This document shows, piece by piece, positions 25,663 to 39,050 of a stretch of 64,000 nt of DNA (position 1 is the first letter of the stretch; each line of letters opens with the position of its first letter). The position numbers were made by a program, and so were the translations under genes. The notes beneath the pieces are model-generated. The model saw nothing but the letters and a program-made list of their open reading frames with translations. It made no database searches and had not been told where the DNA came from. The stretch is from Mobula hypostoma (lineage: Eukaryota): NCBI RefSeq assembly GCF_963921235.1, contig NC_086108.1, positions 103,356,001-103,420,000 of the forward strand. Direction: 5' to 3'.

Positions 25663-26096
25663 ATGCTGGACGATAGCTCCCTTTAACCCTGCCTTCCAAG
25701 TATTTATCCAAGTTTCTCTTAAGTGGTGCATTTGATCCCCCATCTACCATTTCTGCTGGCAGCTTGTTGCATACTTGCACAAAGGTTCCCCCTCCACAGG
25801 TTTCCCTAAAATATTCCAGCTTTCACCCTTATGACCACTAGTTCTAGTCTCACCCGACCTCAGTGGAAAAGGTGGCATTCTCTCGCAGTTTAAGCTTTCT
25901 TTAGTAAGACCCGCACTTCATCTTTTACATAAAATCAGAACCTGCCACACCGACAATCACAACTTTCATTAACAATTGTCAGTCATGAATAAAGGTTTCA
26001 TTACCTCATACTTTAAGCTTCACAACGCCAATGTGATAAAATTAGAAGTATATCTCTTGCAATACAATTATTAATGCTGATAATGCTTTAAGTTTT

Positions 26097-26349
26097 ACAC
26101 ATAAAAGTTGCTGGTGAACACAGCAGGCCAGGCAGCATCTATTGGAAGAGGTACAGTCAACGTTTTGGGCCGAGACCCTTCGTCAGGACTAACTGAAAGA
26201 AGAGCTGTTTCAGTTAGTCCTGACGAAGGGTCTCGGCCCAAAACGTTGACTGTACCTCTTCCAATAGATGCTGCCTGGCCTGCTGTGTTCACCAGCAACT
26301 TTGATGTGTGTTGCTTGAAATTCCAGCATCTACAGATTTCCTTGTGTTA
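26097..26349. mobile_element. Penelope pLTR palindrome with perfect 95-bp inverted arms
   Basis: 26104-26198 is the exact reverse complement of 26208-26302; 9-nt loop; pLTR tail continues to ~26349. Confidence 0.92.
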
Positions 26350-29107
26350 TGCTTGTTTTATATATTTTTACAGTGCATGTGTAGAAAATATGATTTGACC
26401 ATATACGATTAGTAATATCTCCACATCAAGTACTTTGGGAGACTTTAGCTTCCACTCCAAAACATCCAATGACAAATTTTACGAAGAGCTATTCATTCAT
26501 CCCATTGTCCTGACCCCTGTACATTGAACATAGAACAGTACAGTATAGGCACCAGCCCGTGTTCCCACATTAATGAAACTTCCTGGTCTGCTTTCAACAA
26601 TCCATCTCTCTCCATACCTAACATGTTCATGCCCCTATCTAAAATGCTTCTTAAATGCCATATCGCTTCAGCTTCCCCATGCAACCCAGTAGTGTATTCC
26701 AGACACCTGTAATAAAATTACACCACACATTTCCTTTAAACACTCCCCCTACCTTAAAATTGGTAAATTGACTTACTATTGTCACATGTACTAAGGTAGA
26801 GTGCAAAACATCTTGCACACTATCTATATGGATCAATTCATTACAACAGTGAACTGAGGTAGTACAAGGTACAACACAGAATACAGCATTAACTGCTACA
26901 GTTACAGAGAAAGTGTAGTGCAGGTAGACAATAAGATGCAAGGTCACAATGAGGTGGACTGTGAGTTCAGGAGTCCATCTTATTATACAGGGAAATATTC
27001 AATCTTCTGGGACAGTGGAACAGAAGTTGTCCTTGAGTCTGGTGGTACATGCTTTCAGGTTTTTGTATCTAAATCTATGTCCTCTAGCCATGGGAAAAAG
27101 ACTGACTATCTAGCTTATCAATGTTCTTCATAATTTTATATTCTTCTATCAGGTCTTCCCTCAGCCTCCCAATGTTCCAGAGAAAACAATGCAATTCTGT
27201 CCAACCTCTCCTTAGGCTTTATATCTCCAAGTAGCAATCCTTGTGAAAATTGTTCATTAACTCTGCCTCCATCATCCTTCACAACTGTGCTTGCCAGAAC
27301 CAAAATAACTCAGTCATCGAACAAAAAAGATCTCATCTCATTTCTCTCTCTTATTACCAATTATAGTAAAATTGTGTCACTTCCCCATGTTATACTGAAT
27401 TAACACTAACTCACATTACATAGACAGGACAGTATGAAGGTAATGAGTTTGCCACCATCAATCCCTGAAAAAACACTCAACATTCTGGAAACACCTTCTT
27501 CTCCAGATACCTGAATGAGCCACGAACCCATGAACACTATTTTTTACTCACTTTTTTTGCACTACTTAACTTCTCTTTCGCTGTAACTTATAAGTTTTAA
27601 AATGTATTTTATTTTTATTTAGAGATACAGTACAGAATAAGCCTTCAGTCCTTTCGGTCAAGATGCCCCAGCAACCCCTGATCTAACCCTAGCCTAATCA
27701 CGGGACAAATTATAATCTACTAACCTGTATGTCTTTGGACTGTGGGAAGAAACCGGAACATCCGGAGAAAACCCATGCATTCCATGGGGAGGACGAACAA
27801 ACTCCTTACTGAGGACACTGGGATTGAACTGATGCTCCGAGCTGTAATAATGTCACACTAACCACTACGTTCCATTGACGTACTGTATTGTTACCGCAAA
27901 ACAACACATTTAATGATACCAGTCAGTGATAATAAACCTGATTCTGAATTGTCAGAATCAGAATTATCATCACCTGCATGTGACGTGAAATTTGTTCACT
28001 TAGCAGCAGCAGTTCAATGAGGAAAAAAAACCAAAAATAATAATAATAAACAAGCTAATCAATTACAGTTTCTGTGAAACAGCTCTTCAAGTCAGAATTG
28101 CACAAGCACTCCCTCTAATGGACTAATGGCAAAATCTCAGCAACAGTATCTGTGGAGGCTCCTTCACCCCAGTTAAACTCAGGAACACTGAGCCAAGGTC
28201 AAAAAATCTGGAAAAGGACAAACCCTGTCGATTCTTACCAATTTTTAATCAATGTGCCATCAAGTATTGTATCTGGATGCATAACCACCTCGCAAGGCAA
28301 CTGCTCTGCCTGTGACTGCAGAGAACTGTGGACACAACTCAGCAAATCACGAAAACCAGCCTCCCTCTATGGACTCTGTCTATACTTTCCACTGTCTCAG
28401 CAAAGTAGCCAACATAACCTAAGAGCCACCCACACTGGACATTCTCTCTTCTCCCCTCTTCCATCAGGAAGAAGATATAAAAACATGAAAGCATGTACCA
28501 CGAGGCTTAAAGACTGTTTTTATCCCATTGTTACTAGACTCTTGAAAGGACCTCTTGTACAATATGATGGACTCTTGATTTCATAATCTCATCATCACCT
28601 TGCACTTTACTGTTTACCTCTACCGCACTTGCTCTGTAACTTTTATGCTTTCTTCTGCATTCTGTTATTGTTCATTGAGATTCAGTGCAGAAAAGGCCCT
28701 TCCAGCCCTTTGAGCCACACCACTCAGCAATCCCAGCCTAATCACAGGACAATTTACAATGACCAATTAACCTACCAACTAGTACATCTTTGGAAGGTGG
28801 GAGGAAATCCACACAGCCACAAGGAGAATGTATAAACTTCTTACAGACAGTGGTGGGAATAGAACCCAGGTTGCTGGTACTGTAAAGTGTTGTGCTAACC
28901 ACCACGCTACCTTGCTGACCCTTGTTTTACTTTGTTCTACCTCAAAGCACCGTGTAATGATCTAATCTGTATAAACAGTATGTAAGAATCTTCACTGTAT
29001 CTTGGTACGCGACCAATACCAATAAACCCTTTTTTAAAAGCATAACCAGGAAGAGAAATGTGTCGCCATGCTTTATCCATTTAATATTATGCACACAACT
29101 ACAATAC

Positions 29108-29203
29108 CTTTTTTGAATGCAGGTACACATTTGGAGTTCTTCCTGGAATAGGGATTCCAGCTTTAGCCAACTTAATAAAATATTTCTGCACCCTGCTGGC
29201 AAC
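29108..29203 (-). CDS. ZZZ3: ZZZ3 coding exon (96 bp): [32 protein letters not shown]
   Basis: Manual translation; VASRVQKYF closes the SANT domain. Acceptor ttatccag, donor gtattg. Confidence 0.95.
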
Positions 29204-30103
29204 CTGGATAACAAGAAAACAGACAAAAATTTAATAGCTCACTATAACGTCAGAAGGCTAGAATTTCGAATATTGAAAGGCCTAGATAGAGTGGCCATGG
29301 AGAGATGTATCCTAAAGTGGGGGAGTCTAGGACCAGAGGACACAGCCTCAGAATAAGACATCTATCTAGAATAGAGATGAGGAGGAATTTCTTTAGCCAG
29401 AGGGCGCTAAATCTGTGGAATTCATTGCCATAAGCAGCTGAGCAGGCCAAGTCATTGGATATATTGAAAGCGAAGTTCTTGATTTGTAAGGACAACAAAG
29501 ATTATGGGGAGAAGGCAGGAGAACGGGTTGGTGGGTATAATACATCAGGCATAATGAAATGGTGGAACAGGCTTAATGTACTGAATACTTATTAATGAAG
29601 GAGTGTCTAACAGCCACGCAAGTGCACGCAAATGATGTTAGTTAGAAACTTTTGGCAACAGTTCCCTGCCCCAATTAAGTGGCTAGTATCCCCAAAACTG
29701 AAGAAAATTGCAGCTGTTTTCTTGATTAATTCGAAGGGTCATTTGTTCTAACACAACTTTCAGTGTGTCCAGTTTGACTATAGAGCCAGCCTTTCTAAAC
29801 AGTTTACTGGGCCTCAACTATTTATGTGATAATGAACATTTCTAAGCATGTAATAAATCATTATACACAATATACAATTGTGATGCGAGTTCAATGAAGC
29901 TGACATCGAAGACGAATTAGGTTGCAGATTCAGATTTATTTATCACATGTACATCGAAACATACAGTGAAATGTACCGTTTGCATTAATAATCAAGACAT
30001 CCAAAAATGTGCTGGAGCAGCCTGTAAATAGTGCCACATATTCTGGCGTCAACCTAGCATGCCAACATGCTCAGCAGAACAACAGAGTTACATTCGCAGT
30101 TAC

Positions 30104-30205
30104 CTGCTTGGCAGTACGGTTGCCCAATTTGTCTGCTATTTTCTGCCAGCGTCGTGTTTCCACTTCTTCAGGGGGATATTTAAGGAGCAGTTCCTCCAAT
30201 CTTTT
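30104..30205 (-). CDS. ZZZ3: ZZZ3 coding exon (102 bp): [34 protein letters not shown] (SANT/Myb)
   Basis: Manual translation; Myb-like W-x-x-IA...LGNRT motif. Acceptor ttttgatag, donor gtaact. Confidence 0.95.
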
Positions 30206-31009
30206 CTATCAAAAGCAATAAAAAGATATTTCACTGTAAAAATATTTCCTTTTGTCTTGCTCTGTCAAAGAGGGACAATTCCTCTGTTGGAAGCGTACCT
30301 TATACCTCCTAATAGAGTGAAGGGGGATAGGACAGCAAATCTGTAGGCAAATGAGGGATATAGATAGGGTTAGCACAAACAGACTTTTTCCACTGAGGTT
30401 GGGTGATACTAGAACGAGAGGTCATGGGTTAAGGGTGAAGAGTGAAAGGTTTAAGGGGAACATGAGGGAGAACCTCTTCTCTTAGAGGATGGTGAGAGTG
30501 CAGAATGAGCTGCCAATGGAAGTGGTGGACACAGATTCGATTTCAACATTTAAGAGAAATTTGGATAGGTACATGGATAGGTATGGAGAGCCATGGTCCA
30601 GGTACAGGTTGATGGGATGAGGTAGGATAATAATTTGGATGGACTAGATGGGCCAAAAGACCTGCATTGGTGCTGTAATGTTCTATGATTCCATGACTCT
30701 TCTTCCTATGACTTAAAGGATGCAGGGAAATTCCTAGGGTTGGAACACTAGCCATTGGGAAAGATTGGTTAAGCAGAGGATAATATTCTTTACAACAAAA
30801 GCAGCTTAGGGGTGACTTAATTGAAGTGTATAAAATTAAAAGTGGGGATATGTGAAGGAATCAAAGACTTCTGCAGATGCTGGAAATCTTGAGTAGCACA
30901 GACAAATGTGCACCAGAGTTCCTGAGGAGATGTTGCATTGTGACACCTTGTCAAAGGCCTTCTGAAAAATTGAAGTAAACAACATCCACAACATAAACAA
31001 TATGGGGTA

Positions 31010-32160
31010 GTTGGAGGCACTTGATGAAATAGGCCAAAGTCATCGTGGTTGCCTTAAGGGGAAATCCTGCCTGTCAAAGCTGTTGGAATTCTTTGAGGAT
31101 ATAACGAGCAGGATAGACAAAGGAAAGTCAGTAGATGTTGTACACTTGAATTTTCAGAAGGTCTTTGACAAAGTTTCACACATGAGGCTGCTTAACAAGA
31201 TAACAGCTTATAGTATTACAAGAAAGATACTAGCATAGATAGAAGATTGGCAGAAGGCAAAGAGTGGGAATAAAGGGGGGCCTTTTCTAGTTCGTAACTA
31301 GTGGTGTTCTGCAGGGGATGTTGTTTGGACTACTTTTTTTTCCACATTATATGCCAATGATTTGGATGACAGAGTTGATGACTTTGTGGCCAAGTTTGCA
31401 GACAAAATGAAGATAGGAGGAAGGGCAGGTTGTGTTGAGGAAGCAGGGAGTCTGTAGAAGGATATAGATTGGGAGAATGCACAAAGAAGTAGCAGATGGA
31501 GTATAGTGTAGGAAAGTGTATGGTCATGCTTTTTGGTAGAAGGGGAGAAAATTCAAAAATCAGGTGCTAAGGGACGTGGGAGGCCTCAGGCTGGATTCCC
31601 TAAGGTTAACGTATAGTTGGTGGTAAGGAAGGCAAATGCAATTTCATTTCAAGAGGACGAGAAATATAAAAACAAGGATGTAATGCTGAGTCTTTATAAG
31701 GCATTGGTCAGACCTGTGAACAGTCTGGGGTCCCTTATCTGAGAAAATATGTGCTGGCACTGGAAAGTATCCAGAGGAGATTCAAGAGAATGATTCTGGG
31801 AATGAAAGGGTTAACTTATGAGGAGCCACTTGATGGCTCAAGACCAATGCAGAGAGGATGTTTCCTATAGTGGGGGAGTCTAGGATCAGAGGGCGTAGCC
31901 TCAGAATAGAAGAATATCCATTTAGAACGGAGATGAGGAGGGATTTCTTCAGCCGGGGATATGGAATTTGTGGAATTCATTGCCACACAGGCCACGGCAT
32001 TGGGTATACTTAAAGTGGAAGGGGATAGGCTCTTGATTAGTCAGGGCATCAAAAGTTAAGGGGAGAAGGCAGGGGAATGGGGTTGAAAGGGATAATCAAT
32101 CAGCCATGATGGAATAGTGAAGCTGAGTGGTCTTTATTTGCTCCGATGTTTTATGGTCTT
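31010..32160 (+). mobile_element. Degraded CR1 LINE RT to 3' end
   Basis: KGKSCLSKLLEFFEDITSRIDKG and FQKVFDKVSH motifs; CR1 3' UTR. Confidence 0.85.
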
Positions 32161-32722
32161 ATAAAATGCTGGAGGAACTCAGTAGGTCAGGCAGCATCTA
32201 TGGAAGGGAGTAAACAGTCAATGTTTTGGGCCAGGAACCTTAATCAGGCTCAGATGAAGTGTAGTGATGATGCAGCTATTACTGACATACTGAGGCAAAA
32301 AGATGGGTGGTTAAATTAGCCTCAGTTTGTTGCTGGTCAAAGTCAGTGAAGAAAACAGAATGGATTTCACAGAGGAAGGTAGCAGATATCCTGGCTGCAT
32401 CTCAGGAAAATTGTCAGAAGTCAGAGGATGCGCTGGGAACAGCCTGCAAATGTTGCCAAGCTACCGGCATCAACAAGGTATGCCCACAGTTTGCGAAACC
32501 TAACCTATACAAGTTTGTAATGTGGAAGGAAACTGGGGGACATGGAGGGAAGCCATGCAGTCATGGGGAGAACGTACAAATTCTTTACAGACAATGCTAG
32601 AAAGTGAAACTGGGCTGCTGGCACCATAGTAGCCTTATTCTAGGTGCGACGCTACCATTGCGCTCAGTGCCCTAGCTTCATGTGCATTATACTCCTGTGT
32701 GCCCTGTGGATCAAAAACTCAC

Positions 32723-32794
32723 CTGTTCTTCTACACTCCATAGCTGGTTAAATGTTTCCGATTTGGAGTCATCACAAATTCTTCCTCGTATTAC
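32723..32794 (-). CDS. ZZZ3: ZZZ3 coding exon (72 bp): [24 protein letters not shown], start of SANT/Myb domain
   Basis: Manually translated (absent from ORF track). Acceptor ttttcag, donor gtgagt; ETFNQLWxVEEQ motif. Confidence 0.95.
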
Positions 32795-33255
32795 CTGAAA
32801 ATGTTTACAACAGGGGGAAAAGTCTTTAAATATCATCTTTCATACAATGTATTCAAAAATAATAAGCTTCATTTTCTAACTCTGCTTTGTAAACTCACCA
32901 GATTTAATTTAAAATGCAGCTTTGTACACATTATTGTTATGCACATGGGGCCATTTCCCAATGCTTCACCACCTACTCAACATACTGCTAACTTGGTTAT
33001 CACAGATACAACATTCCACAAACAAATAACTTAAAGCTGGTTCAAACAGTATTTCTTATAGCTGAAAGCAAACCATGTTGTATTTTTCTGTCCAGTGCAA
33101 GTTTCTTCACAGTGAGATCAATCTGGCATAATTCTGCTGAGAGGATCTTTCCAAGAGTAGGGGAGTCTAGCCCCAGAGGGCACACCCTCAGAATACAAAG
33201 ACATCATTTTAGAACAGAGATTAGGAGGAATTTCTTTAGGCAGAGGGTGTTGAAT

Positions 33256-34747
33256 CACAAACAAGAGAAAATCTGCAGATGCTGGAAATCCGAGCAACAC
33301 ACACAAAATGCTGGAGGAACTCAGCAAGCATCTATGGAAAAAAGTCAAGTTGTCATTTTTTTTCCCAGGACAGGAGAAAAAAAGCTGAAGGGTAGATTTA
33401 AAAGGTGGGGGGAGGGGAGAGAAAAACACAAGGTGATGGGTGAAACCTGGAGGGGGAGGGATGAAGTATAAAGCTGGGAAGTTGATTGGTGAAAGAGACA
33501 GAAGGCCATGGAAGAAAGAAAAAGCTGGAGGACGACCAGAGGGAGGTGATGGGTTGACAAGGAAATAAGGTGAGAGAGGGAAAGGGGGATGGGAAAAGGT
33601 GAAGAGGGGTGGGGGAGGCATTACCAGAAGTTTGAGAAATCAATGTTCATGCCATCAGGTTGGAGGCTATCCAAACAGAATACAAGGTGTTGTTCCTCCA
33701 ACCTAAGTGTGGTCTCATCATGACAGTAGAAGAGGCCATGATGGACATATTGGAATGGGAATGGGAAGTGGAATTAAAATGGGTGGCCACTGGGACATCC
33801 CACTCGTTCTGGCGGATGGAATCTCCAAATCCACATCTACCTCTCCAAATCTACAGAAGGCCACACCGGGAGCGCTGAACACAGTAAATGACCCCAAGAG
33901 ACTCACAGCTGAAGTGTCGCCTCACCTGCAAAAACTGTTTAGGGCCCTGAAAGGTAGTGAGGGAGGTGGTGTAGGGGAGGGTGAAGCACTTGTTCTGCTT
34001 GCAAGGATAAGTGCCAGGAGGGAGATCAGTGGGGAGGGACAAATGGACAAGAGAGTCCTGTAGAGAGTGATCCCTGTGGAAAACAGAAAGGGAGGGAGGT
34101 AAGGATATGCTTGGTGGTGGGATCCCATTGGAGGGGGCAGAAATTTCGAAGAATTATGTGCTGGACGTGGAGGCTGGTGGGTTGGTAGGTGAGGACAAGA
34201 ACAACCCTATCCCTGGGAGGGTGGCGAGAAGATGGGGTAAGAGCAGACATGCAAGGAATGGAAGAGATGCGGTTCAGGACAGCATTATGGTAGAGAAAGG
34301 GATGCTCCTTTCTTCGATAAAGGAGGACATCTCCTTCGTTCTAGAACGAAAAGCCTCAACCTGAGAGCAGATGTGGTAGAAACGGAGGAACTGTGAAAAG
34401 GGGATGGCATTTTTACAAGAAGCAGGGATTGACATAGTGTAGTCCAGGTAGCTGTGAAAGTCCATGGATTTGTAATATACATTGGTGGATAAGCAGTCTC
34501 CAGAGATTGAGACAGTGAGATCAAGGAAGGGAAAGGAGGTGTCGGAAATGGGCCAAGTGGATTTGAGAGCATGGTGGAAGTTAGAGGCAAAGTGGATGAA
34601 GTAAATGTGTTCAGCACATGTGCAGGAAGCAGCACCAACACAGTCGTCAATGTAGCGTAGGAAAAGTGCGGGATGGTCACCAGTGTAGGCTTGGAACATA
34701 GACTGTTCCATGTAGCCGACAAACAGGCAGGCATAGCTGGGACCCAT
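33256..34747 (-). mobile_element. 5'-truncated Penelope-like element (Neptune type): RT C-terminus, Cys-rich linker, GIY-YIG remnant and pLTR, inserted into a CR1 3' end
   Basis: MGPSYACLF, FLRYIDD, FLDL, AIPFSQFLR; PCKQNKCF and FSCESLGVIYC..SRCGLL. Host CR1 is split at gaat|ctgtgg. Confidence 0.9.
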
Positions 34748-35383
34748 CTGTGGATTTTATTGCCACAGATGGCTATGGAGGCCAAGTCATTGAGTATATT
34801 TAAAGCAAAGGTTGAATTGGTTATTGATTAGCAAGGCCAACAAAGGTTATGGAGAGAAGCCGGGAGAACAGTGTTGAGAGGGATAATAAATCAGCCATGA
34901 CGGAACAGGCTCAATGGGCCAAATGGCCTAATTCTTCTCCTATAGTTTTTGTTCATTGAAAATCATTTCTATCAAAATTAATATTGCCTTTCATACTTCA
35001 GTGACATACTTCTAAAGATCACTTTAGCTCATAGCCTCAAATTTAAAGTGAAAAAAGTGAAGAAAATCTATTACTCTCCTTACAAATTAAGGATTTCTTT
35101 TTGTAAAAGAATCATACTGGCAGGAAAAAAATTGTGACCCCCCCCCCCACTCCCAAAAAATGTATTACTGTAGTACTGCAACATAACAATACAGCTTTCC
35201 ATTGGTTTTATAGTAAAACTAAGACTAAATCCGAAGGCAACATAAATTTGAGTCTTCCAATTTACACAGTTTATTTCGAGGCAAAACTTTGTACCAACTT
35301 TGTATTTTCTTTCTGAAGATAGCACTAAATTAAAACATTGCAAGTAATTAATTTTCACAACTGTTTCGAAGTATGTTTCTTAC

Positions 35384-35514
35384 CTGTGTACGACTGTTTG
35401 ATGTCATTATGTCAGGGGCATCACTAGAAGGCAACACTGAAGAGTAAAAAGAAGAGGATGATGACTCTGCATCTTTCTTGGAATCCATGGGACTTTTTGG
35501 TCTCAGAGGCAATC
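35384..35514 (-). CDS. ZZZ3: ZZZ3 coding exon (131 bp): (G)LPLRPKSPMDSKKDAESSSSSFYSSVLPSSDAPDIMTSNSRTQ
   Basis: RPKSP motif as in ZZZ3. Acceptor cacttag, donor gtaaga; phase 1 in, phase 0 out. Confidence 0.93.
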
Positions 35515-35880
35515 CTAAGTGAGACAAGAACACATTGAGATGTTAAATAAAATTAGAGGAAAAGCCAAATGCAGTTTTCAAATAACAATGGGTTACTTAT
35601 ATTGGAAAAGGACCAATTAATTCATTATTAAGCTATAGGGAAAAGGCAAGGGAGTGACACTAATTGGATATCTATTGGAAACAGTTAACACAAGCTTCAA
35701 GAGTTAAATAACCTTTTTTTCTGTTGTAAAACTCTACGATCAACAATAAAATAATTCTACAAAGACATATGACATCCAGAAAGAGAAATACACAGATTTA
35801 GTAAGATTTTAAGCTACATTTTAATAAGGGCTTACGATAAAGTGGGGGTATAAAGGAAACTGAACATGAACACATTATAC

Positions 35881-36028
35881 CTTTGTCAAAGATGAGTTTT
35901 AACCTCCTTGTGTTGTGTTTCTTATTTCTATATTCTTTATCAAAATGTCCAATTCCAGATGTATAATGGTCCCATGGAATCTGAGGCAGCTGAACCACTC
36001 TTTGCGGACAAGGAAGCCCCATGTCAAC
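35881..36028 (-). CDS. ZZZ3: ZZZ3 coding exon (148 bp): [49 protein letters not shown] + G
   Basis: ZZZ3-like [12 protein letters not shown] motif. Acceptor gtag, donor gtataa; phases compatible with flanking exons. Confidence 0.95.
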
Positions 36029-36234
36029 CTACATTAACGGCAAGTTTTCTTTAGTTATAAATCTGACCTCATCAGGTGCATGTTCTTAGACACAGCTAAA
36101 GTAACTGTCGATGATTCTGAGATTTGCAGGAGAAGTAGAGAAATATTTTGAGCAAATACATCTGATAAAAAAAGCGACTGAAAGGCTAAAGGAAGCAGAT
36201 TCATCAACTTTTTATCACTAAGGAATTTGATGCA

Positions 36235-36785
36235 CTTAGAATACTACAGCACAGAAACAGGCCCTTCTGCCCATCTTGTCCACGCAAGCTATTATTCTGC
36301 CTAGTTCCATTTTCCTGCCTCCAGAAAATGCCCTCCCATCCATGTAGCTATCCAAATGTCTCTTAAATGTTCAAATCAAACTTTCATCTACCAATTCTGC
36401 TGGCAGCTCGCTCCATACTCACACCTCTCTCTGAATAAAGAACTGCTCCCACATATCCCCCTTAAACATTTCACTTTTCACCCCTAACCCATGACCTTTA
36501 GTTCTAGTCTCACCCAACTTCAGTGGAAAAAGCCTGTTTGCATTTATCCTGTCTGTATCCCTCGTAATTGTGTATTCCTCTATCAAAACCCCCCTCAATC
36601 TCTTATGCTCTAAGTCTAGGGAATAAAGTCCCAACCCATTCATCCTCTCCCTTTAACTCAGGTCCTCAAGTCCCGGTAACATCCTTATAAATATTCTTCC
36701 TAGCTTTTCAAACTTACTCAAATCTTTCTAATAGGTAGGTGACCAGAACTGTAGATAACACTCCAAGTTAGGTCTCACCATCTTA
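36235..36785 (-). mobile_element. CR1 LINE 3' region
   Basis: LGLYSL..RLRG, RTKGHGL motifs; CR1 3' UTR. Confidence 0.8.
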
Positions 36786-37033
36786 CATACTTCATTTTAA
36801 TAGAAAATGCAGGATCATAGTAAGAAAGTGGAGATCAGCACAGGCACACTGAGCCAGCCTCCTACTGTGCTAAAAGAGCCTATGAAATTTAAAGTTATTC
36901 TCTATTTCAGTGTACTTGTTACAGGTTTGTTAAACTTTTCTAAACAGGCTGCAAATCTCCCTGGCTGTCAGCATTTTAGTTGATACTGCATTGAAATTAT
37001 ACATTGGCTCACTACAAAATGAATTTTTTCTGT

Positions 37034-37381
37034 AACACAAAAAAGTCTGCAGATGTTGGAAATCCAAAGCAACACACACAAAATGCTGGAGCAACTCATC
37101 CATGGAAATGAAATAAGCAGATGGCATTTTGGGACAAGACCCTTCTTCAGGACTGGAAAGGAAGGGGAAAGATGTCAGAATAAAAAGTGAGGGGAGGGGA
37201 AGGAGGACAACTAAAAGTTGATAGGTGGAGCCAGGTGGGTGGGAAAGGTAAAGGGCTGGGGAAAAAGGAATCTGATAGGTGAGGAAAGTGAACCATAGGA
37301 GAAAGGGAGGGAGAAGGTGATAGGCAGGTGAAAAGAGGTAAGAGTCCAGAATGGGGAATAGAAGAAGAGGAGAGGGGAGGG
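37034..37381 (-). mobile_element. Penelope 3' end/pLTR fragment
   Basis: Homologous to 33256-33620. Confidence 0.75.
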
Positions 37382-37605
37382 AGTGAAGTGACTGACAGTA
37401 CGACACTCCACCCTGGATTGGACGCCAATCTATCACAAGGTTAACCCCCAGCATTTTGCCAGTACCCATTCTCAGCTGGGTAGACTAGAGCATCGTGTGG
37501 TTAAGTGCCTTGCTCAAGGACACACACGCTGCCTCGGCCGAGGCTTGAACCCACAACCTTCAGATCGCTAGTCCAACACCCTAACCACTTGGCCACACGC
37601 CACAC
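37382..37605 (-). mobile_element. tRNA-derived SINE with a CORE-like segment
   Basis: Minus-strand A box TGGCCAAGTGG and B box GGTTCAAGCC, followed by gtccttgagcaaggcacttaacc. Confidence 0.75.
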
Positions 37606-37609
37606 TATA

Positions 37610-39050
37610 TATAAGATTAAAAGCACTGCAAAAACAGAAATAATATTCATTTTGAAAAAGTGAGGTACTGTTCATGTGTTCAATGTCCATTCAGAAATTG
37701 GATGGCAGAGGGGAAGAATCTGTTCCTGAATTGCTGAGTGTGTGCCTTCAGGCATCTATACCTCCTTCCTGACGGTAACAATGAGAAGAGGGCATGTGCT
37801 GGGTGATGGAGGCCCTTTATGACGGATGCCGTTTTTCTGAGAGACTGCTCTTTGAAAATGTCTTGGATACTACGGAGGCTAGTATCCAAGATGGAGCTGA
37901 CTAATTCTACCCCTTTCTGTAGCTTCTTTCAGTCCTGTGAAGAAGTCGTCGGTTCCCCCCCCCCGCCATCCCGTACCGAACAGTAATGCAGCCTGTCAGA
38001 ATGGTACATCTATTGAAGTTTGAATGTTTTAGTTAACAAAATCTCTTCAAATTCCTAATGAAGTATAGTCGCTTTTTTGTCTTCTTTACAGCTGCATATG
38101 CTGGAACCAGGTTAGATCCTCATAGAGATCTTGACACACAGGAACTTGAAATTGCTCACTCTCTCCACTTCTGATCCCTCTATGAGGATTGGTATGTGAT
38201 TCCTTGTCTTAAGTCCGCAATCAGCTCTTTTGTCTTACTGACATTGAATGCAAAGTTGTTTGCTGCAACACCACATAACTACCTGTCATATCTCACTCCT
38301 GTACACCCTCTCATCGCCATCTGAGATTATATCAACAGTGGTTGTATCATCAGCAAATTATAGATGGTATTTGAGCTATGCCTAGTCACACAGTCATGAG
38401 TACAGAGAGAGAAGAACAATGGACTAGGCACACACCCCTGAGGTGCGCCAGTGTTGATCATCAGAGAGGAGGAGATATTATCACCAATTCACACAGATTG
38501 TGGTCTTCTGGTTAGGAAGTTGAGGACTCAATTGCAGAAGGAGGTACAGAGGCCCAGGTTCTGTAATTATCGATCAGAATAGTAGCAATGATGGTGTTAA
38601 ATGCTGAGCTATAGTCAACAAACAGCATCCTGATAATAGGTATTTGTTAATTGTCTAGGTGACCTAAGACAGTGTGAAGAGCCATTGAGATTGCGTCTGC
38701 CATAGACCTATTGTGGCAATAGGCAATCTGCAATGCTGAGACAAGAGTTCACTCTAACCATGATCAACCTCTCAAAGCATTTCATCACCGTAGATGTGAG
38801 CGCCATTGGGCGATAGTCATTAAGGCAGCTCACACTACTCTTCTTAGGTATTGATATAATTGTTGCCTTTCTGAAGCAAGTAGAAACTTCCAACTGTAGC
38901 AGTGAGAGGCTGAAATACTTGAATGTCCCTGAATACTCCCGCCAGTTGGTTGGCACCAGTTTTCAGAGCCTTACTCGAAACTCCATCAGGGCCTGCCACC
39001 TTGTGAGGCTTCATCCTCCATAAAGTCAGCCTAACATCCGCCTGAGACAG
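37610..39050 (-). mobile_element. Rex1/Babar-like LINE RT region and 3' end, degraded
   Basis: KVAGPDGV, CLNDYRPMALTSTVMKCFERL and HPAHALFSLLPSGRRYR motifs. Confidence 0.85.

Noticed and set aside
26095..26398. Two nearly identical ORFs on opposite strands (MLVNTAGQAAS...)
   Set aside because: A direct consequence of the DNA palindrome; non-coding pLTR sequence.
37540..37605. tRNA-like sequences here and at 41470-41540 as tRNA genes
   Set aside because: Both continue into SINE bodies (one with a TSD) and lack a convincing acceptor stem; treated as SINE heads.
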